The position numbers and the translations under genes are program-made. This document shows positions 10,401 through 20,118 of a stretch of 64,000 nucleotides of DNA, piece after piece. The stretch is from an uncultured Acidobacteriota bacterium (lineage in GTDB: Bacteria > Acidobacteriota > Thermoanaerobaculia > UBA5066 > Gp7-AA6). Below the pieces are notes generated by a model. It had not been told where the DNA came from. It was given only the letters and a program-made list of their open reading frames with translations, and did no database searches. The stretch's first letter is position 1; the number at the start of each line of letters is the position of its first letter. Location of the stretch: assembly GCA_963764715.1 (NCBI GenBank), contig CAVXTP010000017.1, positions 96,001 through 160,000 of the forward strand, given 5' to 3'.

Positions 10401-10985
10401 GTGAAAAAGCCCGTGCTCGCCCTCGTCGCCCTGCTGCTCTCCTCGATCGCCGCCGCCCAGGCGACCCGGCCGCCCTCGTCGGCCCCGCCGAGCGACGCGG
10501 CTCGCCGCCCCGGCGCGCCGCCCGCCGGCGACGGCGCCTCGATCGACTCCATCCTCGCCGCGCTCTACGCGTCGGTCAGCCATCCCGACGGCGCCGAGCC
10601 CGACTGGGCGCGGATGCGCGCGGTGATGCTGCCCGTCGGGATGTTCATCCCGCCCAAGCGCCCGAAGGAAGAGCTCTTCACGGTCCTCGACGTGGACGGC
10701 TTCCGCGACCGGGTGCGCAAGGGCGCCGCCGAGGCGAAGGAGAAGGGCAACTCGACCGCCTTCTACGAGAAGGAGGTCGCGCGCCGGCTCGACTGCTTCG
10801 GGAACGTCTGCCAGGCCTTCTCGACCTACGAGGCGCGCCGCGCGCCGTCCGACGAGAAGCCCTTCGTCAGCGGCATCAACAGCATCCAGATGCTCAACGA
10901 CGGCGAGCGCTGGTGGGTGGCCTCGGTCGTCTGGGACGTCGAGCGGCCCGGCAACCCGATCCCCGACCAGTACAAGCCGAAGTAA
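10401..10985 (+). CDS. Secreted NTF2/SnoaL-like protein
   Basis: Signal peptide, FYEKEVARRLDCFGNVCQAFSTY, GINSIQMLNDGERWWVASVVW; SD AAGGAG before GTG (alternative ATG 10386). Confidence 0.7.
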   Translation: MKKPVLALVALLLSSIAAAQATRPPSSAPPSDAARRPGAPPAGDGASIDSILAALYASVSHPDGAEPDWARMRAVMLPVGMFIPPKRPKEELFTVLDVDGFRDRVRKGAAEAKEKGNSTAFYEKEVARRLDCFGNVCQAFSTYEARRAPSDEKPFVSGINSIQMLNDGERWWVASVVWDVERPGNPIPDQYKPK

Positions 10986-11024
10986 CGGTCAGGGAGGCGG
11001 GCGCGATCGGCGAAGGAGGACACC

Positions 11025-11447
11025 ATGGGCCGGATCAACTTTTCCCGCGTCGTCCTCGGCGGCATCCTGGCCGGCATCCTGATCAACATCTCCGAGTACC
11101 TGCGCTACGACGTCGTCATGCGGGGAGAGTACGAGTCCGGCATGCGCGCGCTCGGGAAGGGACTGCCGCAGGGCGGCGCGGTGACCGCGGTCTGGACGCT
11201 CTGGGGATTCGGGCTCGGCATCGCCGCGGTCTGGCTCTACGCCGCCATCCGGCCGCGCTTCGGCGCCGGCGCCGCGACCGCCGTGCGGGCCGGCGTGGCG
11301 GTCTGGTTCTTCACGTCGCTGCTCGCGATCATCGCCATGCGGGCGATGGGCCTCTTCGGGATCTCGGCGCTCGCGCTCGCGTGGACGCTCGTCGAGTGCG
11401 TCGCCGCGACGCTCGCCGGCGCCTGGCTCTACCGCGAGACGGACTGA
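11025..11447 (+). CDS. Hypothetical 4-TM membrane protein
   Basis: SD AAGGAGG, hydrophobic helices, WLYAAIRPRFGAG. Confidence 0.75.
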   Translation: MGRINFSRVVLGGILAGILINISEYLRYDVVMRGEYESGMRALGKGLPQGGAVTAVWTLWGFGLGIAAVWLYAAIRPRFGAGAATAVRAGVAVWFFTSLLAIIAMRAMGLFGISALALAWTLVECVAATLAGAWLYRETD

Positions 11448-11451
11448 TCCG

Positions 11452-12576
11452 TCAGGCGAGGGCCTGCCGGAAGTCCTCGACGAGGTCGTCGGGGTGCTCG
11501 AGGCCGACCGAGACCCGGAGGAGGTTCGGCGGCGTCCTGGACCCCGGGCCCTCGCTCGAGGCGCGGTGCTCGAGCAGGCTCTCGGTCCCGCCGAGGCTCG
11601 TCGCGTTGACGAAGAGCTTCATGCGCGAGGCCGCGCGCAGGGCGCCCTCGCGGCCGCCCTGGATGCGCACCGACACCATCCCGCCGAAGGCGCTCATCTG
11701 CCGCCGGGCGACCGCGTGGCCGGGGTGCGAGGGCAGCCCCGGGTAGTGCACCGCCTCGACGGCCGGATGGGCCTCGAGCGCCCGGGCCAGGGCGAGGGCG
11801 TTTTCGGAATGGCGCTCCATCCGGCAGGCCAGCGTCCGGAGGCCCCGGAGCACGAGCCAGGAGTTGAAGGGCGCCGCCACCGCGCCGAGGATGTACCGCA
11901 CCTCCTCGGCCTTCGAAAAGGTCTCGTCCTTCTTCCGGAACACGAGGGCCCCGCCCTGCACGTCGCTGTGGCCGCCGAGGTACTTCGTCGTCGAGTGCAG
12001 GACCGCGTCGGCGCCGAGGTCGAGCGGGCGCTGCAGGGCGGGCGTCGCGAACGTCCCGTCGACGACGAGCTTCGCGCCTGCCCGGCGCGCGATCTCCGCG
12101 AGGCCCGCGAGGTCGGCGATCTTCATCAGCGGGTTCGACGGGGTCTCGGCCCAGATCAGACGCGTCGCGGGCGTCACCGCCGCCTCGACCCGGCCGAGGT
12201 CCCCCATGTCGACGGCGGACGCCGTCATCCCCCAGCGCGGAAGGAACTCGTCGGCCATGTGCCGGAAGCCGTAGTAGACGTCGTCCGGGAAGAGCACGTG
12301 CGACCCCGGCGGCATGGCCTGTAGGTACGCCGCCCCGGCCGCGAGGCCCGACGCGAACACGAGCGTGTCCTCGCCGCCCTCGATCGCCGCGAGGGCCTCG
12401 GCGAGCTGGCTCTGGTTCGGGTTGGACTCCCGGATGTAGATGTGCCCCCCCGGCCGCTCGGCCGCGGGGCCGTGCTCGAAGGTCGTCGAGAGGTGGATCG
12501 GCGGCGCAACGTCGAAGGTCGCCCGGTCGCGGCCTCCCCCGGCATGGATCGCGAGCGTTTCGAACTTCATGAACAT
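11452..12576 (-). CDS. PLP-dependent trans-sulfuration enzyme (cystathionine gamma-synthase/lyase family)
   Basis: [28 protein letters not shown] (PLP Lys), [17 protein letters not shown]. Confidence 0.92.
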   Translation of the reverse strand: MFMKFETLAIHAGGGRDRATFDVAPPIHLSTTFEHGPAAERPGGHIYIRESNPNQSQLAEALAAIEGGEDTLVFASGLAAGAAYLQAMPPGSHVLFPDDVYYGFRHMADEFLPRWGMTASAVDMGDLGRVEAAVTPATRLIWAETPSNPLMKIADLAGLAEIARRAGAKLVVDGTFATPALQRPLDLGADAVLHSTTKYLGGHSDVQGGALVFRKKDETFSKAEEVRYILGAVAAPFNSWLVLRGLRTLACRMERHSENALALARALEAHPAVEAVHYPGLPSHPGHAVARRQMSAFGGMVSVRIQGGREGALRAASRMKLFVNATSLGGTESLLEHRASSEGPGSRTPPNLLRVSVGLEHPDDLVEDFRQALA

Positions 12577-12626
12577 CCCCCCGGTTTGCGCGCAACTCTC
12601 TCACGGGGGGAGGCTTGCCTGCCACG

Positions 12627-12657
12627 GAATCCGCGGCGCCGTTCGGGACGTACTCCG
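12627..12657 (+). promoter_or_regulatory. Putative ECF sigma promoter upstream of msrA
   Basis: GAATCC-N16-CGTACTCCG; near-identical motif at 17626-17656. Confidence 0.6.
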
Positions 12658-12729
12658 TGCGAAACCCGCGAGCCCCGCCGGAATCTAAGGCAGTCCGGCA
12701 GGGTTCTCGCCGGAGGAGGATCCATACCC

Positions 12730-13344
12730 TTGAAGACCCGGTGGCTCGCCCGTCTGATCCTGTCTCTCGCCCTCGGCGTCCTGGCCCGGGCCGCGCTCGC
12801 CGCGCCCAACGAGAAGGCCATCTTCGCCGGAGGCTGCTTCTGGTGCGAGGAGAGCGCGTTCGAGGACCTTCCCGGCGTCGTGTCGGCCGTCTCGGGTTAC
12901 ACCGGCGGCCGGACCGCGGACCCGACGTACGAGCAGGTCTCGACCGGCATGACCGGCCACGCCGAGTCGGCGGAGATCACCTTCGACCCGGCGAAGATCT
13001 CCTACGAGCAGCTTCTCCAGGTCTTCTGGCACAACATCGATCCGACCCAGGCCGACGGACAGTTCTGCGACCACGGGTCGCAGTACCGGTCCGCGATCTT
13101 CTACTTGAACGACGCGCAGAAGAAGGCGGCCGAGGCCTCGAAGGCGAAGCTCGAGCAGGACCCCCGGTTCCGCGGGAAGATCGCGACCCAGATCGTGCCG
13201 GCCTCGAAGTTCTATCCGGCCGAGGAGCATCACCAGAACTACTGCAAGGTCAATCCGCTCCGCTACAAGATGTACGCCGCGGGCTGCGGCCGCGCCGCGC
13301 GCCTCAAGGCGATCTGGGGCGAGGACGCCGGGAGCCACCCGTGA
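12730..13344 (+). CDS. msrA: Peptide-methionine (S)-S-oxide reductase, with signal peptide
   Basis: [37 protein letters not shown]; TTG start with SD GGAGGA. Confidence 0.96.
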   Translation: MKTRWLARLILSLALGVLARAALAAPNEKAIFAGGCFWCEESAFEDLPGVVSAVSGYTGGRTADPTYEQVSTGMTGHAESAEITFDPAKISYEQLLQVFWHNIDPTQADGQFCDHGSQYRSAIFYLNDAQKKAAEASKAKLEQDPRFRGKIATQIVPASKFYPAEEHHQNYCKVNPLRYKMYAAGCGRAARLKAIWGEDAGSHP

Positions 13345-13922
13345 CGCGCGCCCTGCTCGCCGCCTTCGCCGGCGTTCTCGTGCTCGGCGCGACGCTCGCC
13401 GCGACCCTCGCGCCGTCTCCCGCTCCGACGCCCGCACCCGCCGCCGCGGCCTCGACGCCGCGCTGGAACGGCGCCGGCGCGTTCCAGAAGCCCTCGAGCG
13501 CGGAACTGCGCCGGCTGCTGACGCCCCTCCAGTTCGCCGTCACCCAGCAGGAGGGGACCGAGCGCGCGTTCTCCAACGAGTACTGGGACAACAAGCGGGC
13601 CGGGATCTACGTCGACATCGTGTCGGGCGAGCCCCTCTTCTCCTCGTTCGAGAAGTACGACTCGGGCACCGGCTGGCCGAGTTTCTGGAAGCCCCTCGAG
13701 CCCGCGAACGTGAAGGCGGGGGCCGAGATCTCCTTCATCATGCCGTATGCGGAAGTCCGGTCGGCCCACGCCGACTCCCATCTCGGCCACGTCTTCCACG
13801 ACGGCCCGAAGCCGACGGGATTGCGTTACTGCATGAACTCGGCGGCGATGCGGTTCATCCCGGCCGAGGACCTCGAGAAGGAAGGCTACGGGCAGTACAG
13901 GGCGCTGTTCGAGAAGAGATAG
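13341..13922 (+). CDS. msrB: Peptide-methionine (R)-S-oxide reductase, with signal peptide
   Basis: [38 protein letters not shown]. Confidence 0.96.
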   Translation: MTRALLAAFAGVLVLGATLAATLAPSPAPTPAPAAAASTPRWNGAGAFQKPSSAELRRLLTPLQFAVTQQEGTERAFSNEYWDNKRAGIYVDIVSGEPLFSSFEKYDSGTGWPSFWKPLEPANVKAGAEISFIMPYAEVRSAHADSHLGHVFHDGPKPTGLRYCMNSAAMRFIPAEDLEKEGYGQYRALFEKR

Positions 13923-13934
13923 TCTCCGCCCCGG

Positions 13935-13999
13935 GTCGTAGGGGCGGCCCTTGTGGCCGCCCTTCGAGCGAGGGCGGGGGCAAGCCCCGCCCCGACGAC
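13935..13999. repeat. GTAG-type REP doublet (REPIN) between convergent genes
   Basis: GTAGGGGCGGCCCTTGTGGCCGCCC followed by inverted GGGCGGGGGCAAGCCCCGCCCCGAC; recurs elsewhere in the window. Confidence 0.8.
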
Positions 14000-14016
14000 G
14001 GGAGCCGCCCTTCGTC

Positions 14017-14916
14017 CTACGGCGACAGCCCCGGCTCGTAGTTCTCGACGAACTCGAGGAACCGGATCGTCTCGAGCATGTCCTTGCCGCGGAACCGGAT
14101 CGCGTGGGCGTCGGTGCGCTCGACGATCGGGAGGTACGCGAGGACCTCCGACGGCCGGTAGTTCTTGAAGCGGAGGTCGAGAGTCACGGGCGCCTTGACC
14201 TCGTAGACCTTCATCGCCGAAAGCCGGCCGAGCGCCGCCTTCGCGGCCGCGCGGATCCGGTCGCAGCTTGCCTCGGGCGTCAGCGTCCGGGCCGAGTGGA
14301 AGCCGGCGTTCCACTTCACGACGGCGCCCTCGATCGGCCCGAGCAGCGCCTGGGCCTCTTTCACCGCGGCGTCGTCGCCCGAGATCATCGCGACCGGAAC
14401 GTGGAAGTGCCCCGCGATCGCGGCGTTGAGGCCCGCCTCCAGCACGGAGACGCCGTTGAGCCGCACGTCGGCGAGCGTCGCCGAGGACATCGTGTGCGCG
14501 CGGACGCCCTGCGGGTTGGTCGTCGACGCGTGGTAGCCGACGAAGAGGACCGCGTCGAAGCTCGCGTCGATTCCTTCCATCATCGCGAGCGGGCGCGGCC
14601 ACGACCGGACGATCTGCACGTCCTTCGGGAAGCGCTCGATGAGGAGGTTTTCGCCGTTGCCGTGGGAATCGGAGACGAGGATCTCCGTCGCGCCCGCGGC
14701 CCGGGCCCCGTCGATCGCCGCCAGCACCTCGTTCGTCATGAACCCGCGGAACCGCTCGTACTCGAATCCCTGGGGGCCGAGCTGGTCGCCCGTCACGACC
14801 CCGGCGACGCCTTCCATGTCGGCCGAGATGTAGACCTTGAGCTTCGGCTGCGCGGCGGCGGGAAGCGCCGCGGCGAGAGCGAAGACGAGGGCCGCGGCGG
14901 TCCGGCCGCTCTTCAT
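14017..14916 (-). CDS. dppA: M55 family D-aminopeptidase (DppA-like), with signal peptide
   Basis: KVYISADMEGVAG, VSDSHG, VGYHA, AHT, SGDD. Confidence 0.92.
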   Translation of the reverse strand: MKSGRTAAALVFALAAALPAAAQPKLKVYISADMEGVAGVVTGDQLGPQGFEYERFRGFMTNEVLAAIDGARAAGATEILVSDSHGNGENLLIERFPKDVQIVRSWPRPLAMMEGIDASFDAVLFVGYHASTTNPQGVRAHTMSSATLADVRLNGVSVLEAGLNAAIAGHFHVPVAMISGDDAAVKEAQALLGPIEGAVVKWNAGFHSARTLTPEASCDRIRAAAKAALGRLSAMKVYEVKAPVTLDLRFKNYRPSEVLAYLPIVERTDAHAIRFRGKDMLETIRFLEFVENYEPGLSP

Positions 14917-15689
14917 CGGCCGCCCCCGCCGCCGACGCCCGGGGGCTCGGATTTCGCGGGCATCGCGAAGCGCGAGTCGTCGATCGGGACGTTGAGCTCG
15001 ATCTTGTCGAACTTGAGCGACTGGGTCTGGTCGACGCCGGACGCCGCCGCCTCGAAGGAGTGCGGCAGCATCAGGCCCGACACGTCGCGGTAGTCGCCGA
15101 TCCGGCTCCGGATCTCGACGTCGCGGCCGTCGACCGACCGCTTCGTCACGGCGAGGATCTGCAGATAGGTCTTCGCATCGAGGTACACGTCGCGGGTGTC
15201 GCCGGTCTTGCGCTTGATCCGGAGGTGCCACGCGTCGACGTCCTCCTCGATCTTCTCGCGCCCGATGACCTCGATCGTGTTGCCCTTGGCCGCGGCGTCG
15301 ACGAGCGGCCCGTCGATGTCGGCCTGAAGCTCGATGTCCGCGGTCTCGGACGGCGACATCTTCTGGGGCTCGGTGACCCCGGCGAACGGCATCAGCATCC
15401 ACGCGGTCTTTCCGTCGTAGGCCTGGATGGCCGTCTGCCCGTCGAAGATGAATTCCCAGCGCGTCATCGCGGGGCGCTTGATCTCGAGCGTCGTCGGCAG
15501 GGTCTCGTCGGCGAGCTTCATCTTGCCGGTCATCCGCATCGACTGGATCGACTTGATCTTCTCGAGTCCGCCGCGCGCCTGGATGCTCCGGGCGACGAGC
15601 TCGTCGGCGGTCGGTTTCTCCGTCTGCGCCGCGAGCGCCCGGGCGAGCCCCAGCGCGGCGAGGAGCGCGATCGTTCGTGTCCGTTTCAT
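14913..15689 (-). CDS. Secreted LolA-like / outer-membrane lipoprotein-sorting-type protein
   Basis: Signal peptide, ARGGLEKIKSI, YDGKTAW, DYRDVSGLMLPH, IELNVPIDDSRF. Confidence 0.7.
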   Translation of the reverse strand: MKRTRTIALLAALGLARALAAQTEKPTADELVARSIQARGGLEKIKSIQSMRMTGKMKLADETLPTTLEIKRPAMTRWEFIFDGQTAIQAYDGKTAWMLMPFAGVTEPQKMSPSETADIELQADIDGPLVDAAAKGNTIEVIGREKIEEDVDAWHLRIKRKTGDTRDVYLDAKTYLQILAVTKRSVDGRDVEIRSRIGDYRDVSGLMLPHSFEAAASGVDQTQSLKFDKIELNVPIDDSRFAMPAKSEPPGVGGGGGR

Positions 15690-15781
15690 GGGGACCTCCC
15701 GTTCGCGGGGACTCTACCCCAGCGTCCCCGGGCGCGCCCGGGCCCGTCCGGCCGCGGCGCCGCGCGATAGGCTCTCGCCCC

Positions 15782-16873
15782 ATGCAATCGATCGAAGACC
15801 TCCCGACCCCTTCGGTCCTCGTCGACCTCGACGTCCTCGAGTCGAACGTCCGGGGAATGCAGGCCCGCGCCCGCGAGGCGGGACTCAAGCTGCGTCCCCA
15901 CGCCAAGACGCACAAGTCGCCGGAGGTCGGGCGGCTGCAGCTCGCGGCCGGCGCCGCGGGCCTCACGCTCGCGAAGACCTCCGAGGCCGAGGTCTTCGCC
16001 TCCCTCGGGTTCGAGGACATCTTTCTGGGCTATCCGATCTACGGAGCGGACAAGGCCCGCCGACTGCTCGCGCTCGCGGACCGCATCCGGCTCGCCGTCG
16101 GCGTCGACAGCGAGGCGGGGGCGAAGAGCCTCGGCGACGTCTTCCACGCCGCCGGGCGCCGGCTCCCGGTGCGCCTCAAGATCGACTGCGGCTACCACCG
16201 GGTCGGCGTCGCCCCCGAGCAGGCCGTCGCCATGGCGCAGCGCATCGCGTCCCTGCCCGGACTGTCGTTCGCCGGCGTCTTCACGCACGGCGGGCAGGGC
16301 TACGCGGGACGGACCCCCGAGGAGGTCGCCGAGGCGGGCCACCTCGAGGGCCGCGTCGTCGCCGCCGCGGCCGAGGCGATCCGGTCCTCCGGGCTTCCGG
16401 TCGGCGAGGTCTCCCTCGGCTCGACCCCGACGGCGCGGGCGGGCATGTCGGAGCGCGGGGTCACCGAGACGCGGCCCGGGACCTACGTCTACAACGACTT
16501 CTCGCAGGTGCAGCTCGGGAGCTGCCGGCTCGAGGACTGCGCCATGACGATCGTCGCCACCGTCGTGAGCTCTCCCGCGGCGGACCGCGCCGTCGTCGAC
16601 GCCGGATCGAAGACGCTTTCGAACGATCCCCTGCGGCCCGAGGGCCCCGGCCACGGCGCCATCCTCGGCCGCCGCAGCCGCCTCGCGCGGCTCTCCGAGG
16701 AGCACGGCGTCATCGCGGTCGAGCCCGGCGAGTCGTTCGCCGTCGGCGATCGCGTCCGCATCCTGCCCAACCACGCCTGCATCGTGTCGAACCTCCACGA
16801 CCGTCTCGTCGCCGTCCGCGGCGGAAGGGTCGAAGGCTGGATCACCGTCGCGGCGCGGGGCTGCGTGCAATAG
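15782..16873 (+). CDS. PLP fold-type III enzyme, D-threonine aldolase / D-serine deaminase (DSD1) family
   Basis: LRPHAKTHKS, IDCGYHRVG, GSTP, ETRPGTYVYND, DAGSKTLS, LSEEHG, PNHAC. Confidence 0.9.
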   Translation: MQSIEDLPTPSVLVDLDVLESNVRGMQARAREAGLKLRPHAKTHKSPEVGRLQLAAGAAGLTLAKTSEAEVFASLGFEDIFLGYPIYGADKARRLLALADRIRLAVGVDSEAGAKSLGDVFHAAGRRLPVRLKIDCGYHRVGVAPEQAVAMAQRIASLPGLSFAGVFTHGGQGYAGRTPEEVAEAGHLEGRVVAAAAEAIRSSGLPVGEVSLGSTPTARAGMSERGVTETRPGTYVYNDFSQVQLGSCRLEDCAMTIVATVVSSPAADRAVVDAGSKTLSNDPLRPEGPGHGAILGRRSRLARLSEEHGVIAVEPGESFAVGDRVRILPNHACIVSNLHDRLVAVRGGRVEGWITVAARGCVQ

Positions 16874-16927
16874 ACTGGCGGCCCGAAAAAACCAGACCTG
16901 ACCCTGGACTTTTTCGTAAGGAGAAAG

Positions 16928-17536
16928 ATGATGTTCCGTACCCGGTTGCTCGCCCTCGTCCTCGCTGCCGCGGCCGCGCCGCTCGCCGCCGCCGACACCT
17001 ACACCATCGACAAGAACCACTCGGACGTCAGCTTCCGCGTCCGGCACTTCGCCTCGAAGGTCCGTGGCACCTTCGGCGACTTCGAGGGGGCGATCCAGGC
17101 CGATCCCGCCAGGCCCGAGATCTCCTCGGTGGTCTTCACGATCAAGACCGCCTCGATCAACACGAACACCCCCGACCGGGACAAGCACCTCCAGTCCCCC
17201 GACTTCTTCGACGCCGCGAAGTGCCCGGAGCTGTCCTTCAAGAGCGCGAAGATCGTCCCGGCCGGGAAGGACAAGTACACGGTGACGGGCACGCTCACGA
17301 TGCACTGCGTCTCGAAGGAGGTGACCCTTCCGGTCGAGTACCTCGGAAGCACCAAAGACCCCTGGGGCAACGAGCGCGCGAGCTTCGAGGTGACGACGAA
17401 GCTGAACCGCAAGGACTGGGGCATCAACTGGAACAAGGCGCTCGACGCGGGCGGATTCATGCTGTCCGACGACGTCGACGTCACCGTCAGCCTGGAGACG
17501 GTCAAGAAGAAGCCCGAGGCGGCCCCGGCCAAGTAG
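16928..17536 (+). CDS. yceI: YceI family lipid/polyisoprenoid-binding protein
   Basis: Signal peptide, IDKNHSDVSFRVRH, RDKHLQSPDFFD, GTLTMH, DPWG, NRKDWG. Confidence 0.93.
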   Translation: MMFRTRLLALVLAAAAAPLAAADTYTIDKNHSDVSFRVRHFASKVRGTFGDFEGAIQADPARPEISSVVFTIKTASINTNTPDRDKHLQSPDFFDAAKCPELSFKSAKIVPAGKDKYTVTGTLTMHCVSKEVTLPVEYLGSTKDPWGNERASFEVTTKLNRKDWGINWNKALDAGGFMLSDDVDVTVSLETVKKKPEAAPAK

Positions 17537-17625
17537 CTCTCGTCGCTCCACCGATCCGAGGGCGGCCCGCGCGGCCGCCCTGCGCTTTTCTGGACAACTT
17601 TTCCGCCCCCGAAGGGGCCCGCCTA

Positions 17626-17656
17626 GCATCCACAGCCCGCTCCGGACCGTACTCCG
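17626..17656 (+). promoter_or_regulatory. Putative ECF sigma promoter upstream of lipid-modification operon
   Basis: GCATCC-N16-CGTACTCCG, matching the motif upstream of msrA. Confidence 0.6.
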
Positions 17657-17686
17657 GCGGACGGAGCCAGCGGTAAAGTTCCTCTC

Positions 17687-18848
17687 ATGAAGACCTCAGT
17701 CGCAATCGTCGGGCGTCCCCGGACCGTACGGGCCTCCGCCGTGGCGGGCTTCGCGCTCGTCCACGCCGCCGCCCTGGGCGTCATCGCCCTCGGCTTCTCC
17801 TGGCGGGGAGTCGCCCTGTGCGTGGCCTCCTATTACCTGCGGATGTTCGCGGTCACCGCGGGCTTCCACCGCTACTTCAGCCACCGGACGTTCCGCCTCG
17901 CCCGCGGGCCGCAGTTCCTGCTCGCCTTTCTCGGGCAGACCGCCGCCCAGAAGGGCGTTCTCTGGTGGGCCTCCAACCACCGCCATCACCACAAGTACTC
18001 GGACCGGCCCGAGGACATCCACAGTCCCCTCCAGCGCGGTCTCTGGTGGAGCCACATGGGCTGGATCCTGTCGCCGGACTACGTCGAGACCGACCTGTCC
18101 AGGGTCCCGGACCTGGCGAAGTACCCGGAGCTCCGGTGGCTCGACCGGCACCAGTACGTCCCGACCGTCCTCTACGGCGTCGCGCTGGCCCTCGCGTTCG
18201 GCCCGGTGGGCCTCTTCTACGGTTACTTCCTCTCGACCGTCCTCCTGTGGCACGGCACGTTCTCGATCAACAGCCTCATGCACGTCTTCGGCCGCCGCGC
18301 CTTCGCGACGACCGACGACTCTCGCAACAGCTTCCTGCTCGCTCTCGTCACCATGGGCGAGGGCTGGCACAACAACCATCACTGGGCCCAGGGCTCGGCC
18401 GCGCAGGGGTTCCGCTGGTGGGAGATCGACGCGAGCTACTACCTCCTCTGGCTCGGAGAGAAGCTCGGCCTCGTGCACGAGCTGCACCGCCCGCCGCAGC
18501 GGTGGCGCGAGGCCGCGCTCGAGGCCGCCCGGACCGGGCGCGCCTTCACGTCGGCGAGACTCCACGTCGAGGTCAAGACCCTGACCGAGCGCTGGGCGAG
18601 AGATGCGCGCGTCCGTGCGTCTGACGGCGCACGACGCGCTCGCCGAGCTCGAGGCGGCCCGGGTGCGCGCCGCGGTGCGGCTCGAGCACCTCCACGCCGA
18701 AGCCGCCGCCGCCGGCGCGCGGGCCGGCCGGCGTCTCGACGAGATCCACCGCGAGATCGAGAAGGCGCGCGCGATCCTCGTCGAGATCCTCCGGCGCCTC
18801 GTCGCGACCGCCGAGTCCCTGGGACTGCCGGATCCCCAGACGGGATAG
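17687..18848 (+). CDS. Acyl-CoA/fatty acid desaturase (delta-9 type) with C-terminal helical extension; apparent frameshift near 18600
   Basis: His boxes HRYFSH, HRHHH, HNNHH; after ERWA the sensible helical tail continues in ORF 18603..18848; uncorrected ORF ends at 18871. Confidence 0.85.
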
Positions 18849-18867
18849 CCATGTCGCCCGGAGCCGC

Positions 18868-20118
18868 TTGAGTCGCATCGCCGTCATCGGCTCCGGGATC
18901 TCCGGTCTTTCCGCCGCGTACTTTCTGTCGCGCCGGCACTCCGTCACGCTCTTCGAGCGGGAGGAGCGCCTGGGCGGCCACACGCACACGCACCGGGTCC
19001 AGGCGCCCGAGGGCATCCTTCCCGTCGACACCGGGTTCATCGTCCACAACCCGCGCAACTACCCGAAGCTCTCGCGCCTCCTGCGCGAGCTCTCCGTCGA
19101 GACCCAGCCAAGCGACATGTCCTTCTCGGTTTCCTCCGGCGGGGACGGACCCGACTGGTCGAGCCGCGAGCCGCTCCGCCTCGCGCTTCGCTCGGCCAAC
19201 CTCCTCGACCGCGCCTGGCGGGGCTTTCTCCCCGAGATCGCGCGGTTCAACCGCCGCGCGCCGTGCCTGCTCGACGAGCCTGCTCCCGATCGCCTGACGC
19301 TCTCCGAGTACCTGACGCGGGAGCGCTTCGGAAAGCGCTTCCGGGACCACTATCTCTACCCGCTCGCGGCCTCGGTCTGGTCGGCCTCGGCCGACCGGAT
19401 GGACGACTTCCCCGCGGCGACGGTCGTGCGTTTCTTCAAGAACCACGGCTTCCTCGGATTCTTCACGCAGAGCCCGTGGCGGTCGATCCGCGGCGGAAGC
19501 GCCTCGTACATCCCGCCCCTGACTGCCCCGTTCCGGGAGCGCATCCGCCTCGCGGCGCCGATCGAGCGGGTCGTGCGGGACGCGCGCGGCGTCACGGTCC
19601 GCGCGCGCGGCCTCGCCGACGAGCGCTTCGACGAGGTGGTCTTCGCCTGCCACGGCGACCAGGTGCTCCCGATGCTCGCCGACCCGACCCCCGCGGAGAC
19701 GAGCGTCTTCTCCGTCTTCAAGACGAGCGCGAACGAGGCCAGGCTCCACACCGACACTTCGGTGCTGCCCCGCCGGCGGCGGGCCTGGGCGTCGTGGAAC
19801 TTCCGGCGGTCCAGGGCGCAGGACGGCCGCCTCTCCGTCACGTACCACATGAACCGGCTCCAGGCGCTGCCGACCGCGACGGACTACTGCGTCAGCCTGA
19901 ACGCGAACGGCGAGGTCGACTCTTCGCGCCTTCTCGCCCGCATGGAGTACCGCCATCCGCTTTTCACCCGCGAGTCCGCCGCGGCCCAGAGGCGCTGGGC
20001 CGAGGTGTCCGGAGTCTTCCGCACCCACTACTGCGGGGCGTACTGGGGACACGGCTTCCACGAGGACGGGCTCGTCTCGGCCCTCGCCGTGGCCGGGCGC
20101 CTGGGAGTCGCCTGGTGA
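18868..20118 (+). CDS. FAD-dependent oxidoreductase (UfaD/RSP_1091-like)
   Basis: IAVIGSGISGL, RLGGH, VDTGFIVHN..NYP, AWASWN, CGAYWGHGFHEDG. Confidence 0.9.
   Translation: MSRIAVIGSGISGLSAAYFLSRRHSVTLFEREERLGGHTHTHRVQAPEGILPVDTGFIVHNPRNYPKLSRLLRELSVETQPSDMSFSVSSGGDGPDWSSREPLRLALRSANLLDRAWRGFLPEIARFNRRAPCLLDEPAPDRLTLSEYLTRERFGKRFRDHYLYPLAASVWSASADRMDDFPAATVVRFFKNHGFLGFFTQSPWRSIRGGSASYIPPLTAPFRERIRLAAPIERVVRDARGVTVRARGLADERFDEVVFACHGDQVLPMLADPTPAETSVFSVFKTSANEARLHTDTSVLPRRRRAWASWNFRRSRAQDGRLSVTYHMNRLQALPTATDYCVSLNANGEVDSSRLLARMEYRHPLFTRESAAAQRRWAEVSGVFRTHYCGAYWGHGFHEDGLVSALAVAGRLGVAW

Noticed and set aside
16893-16920. CAGACC-N16-CGTA upstream of yceI as a third ECF promoter
   Set aside because: -35 lacks ATCC and the -10 abuts the SD, leaving little room for a leader; too weak to call
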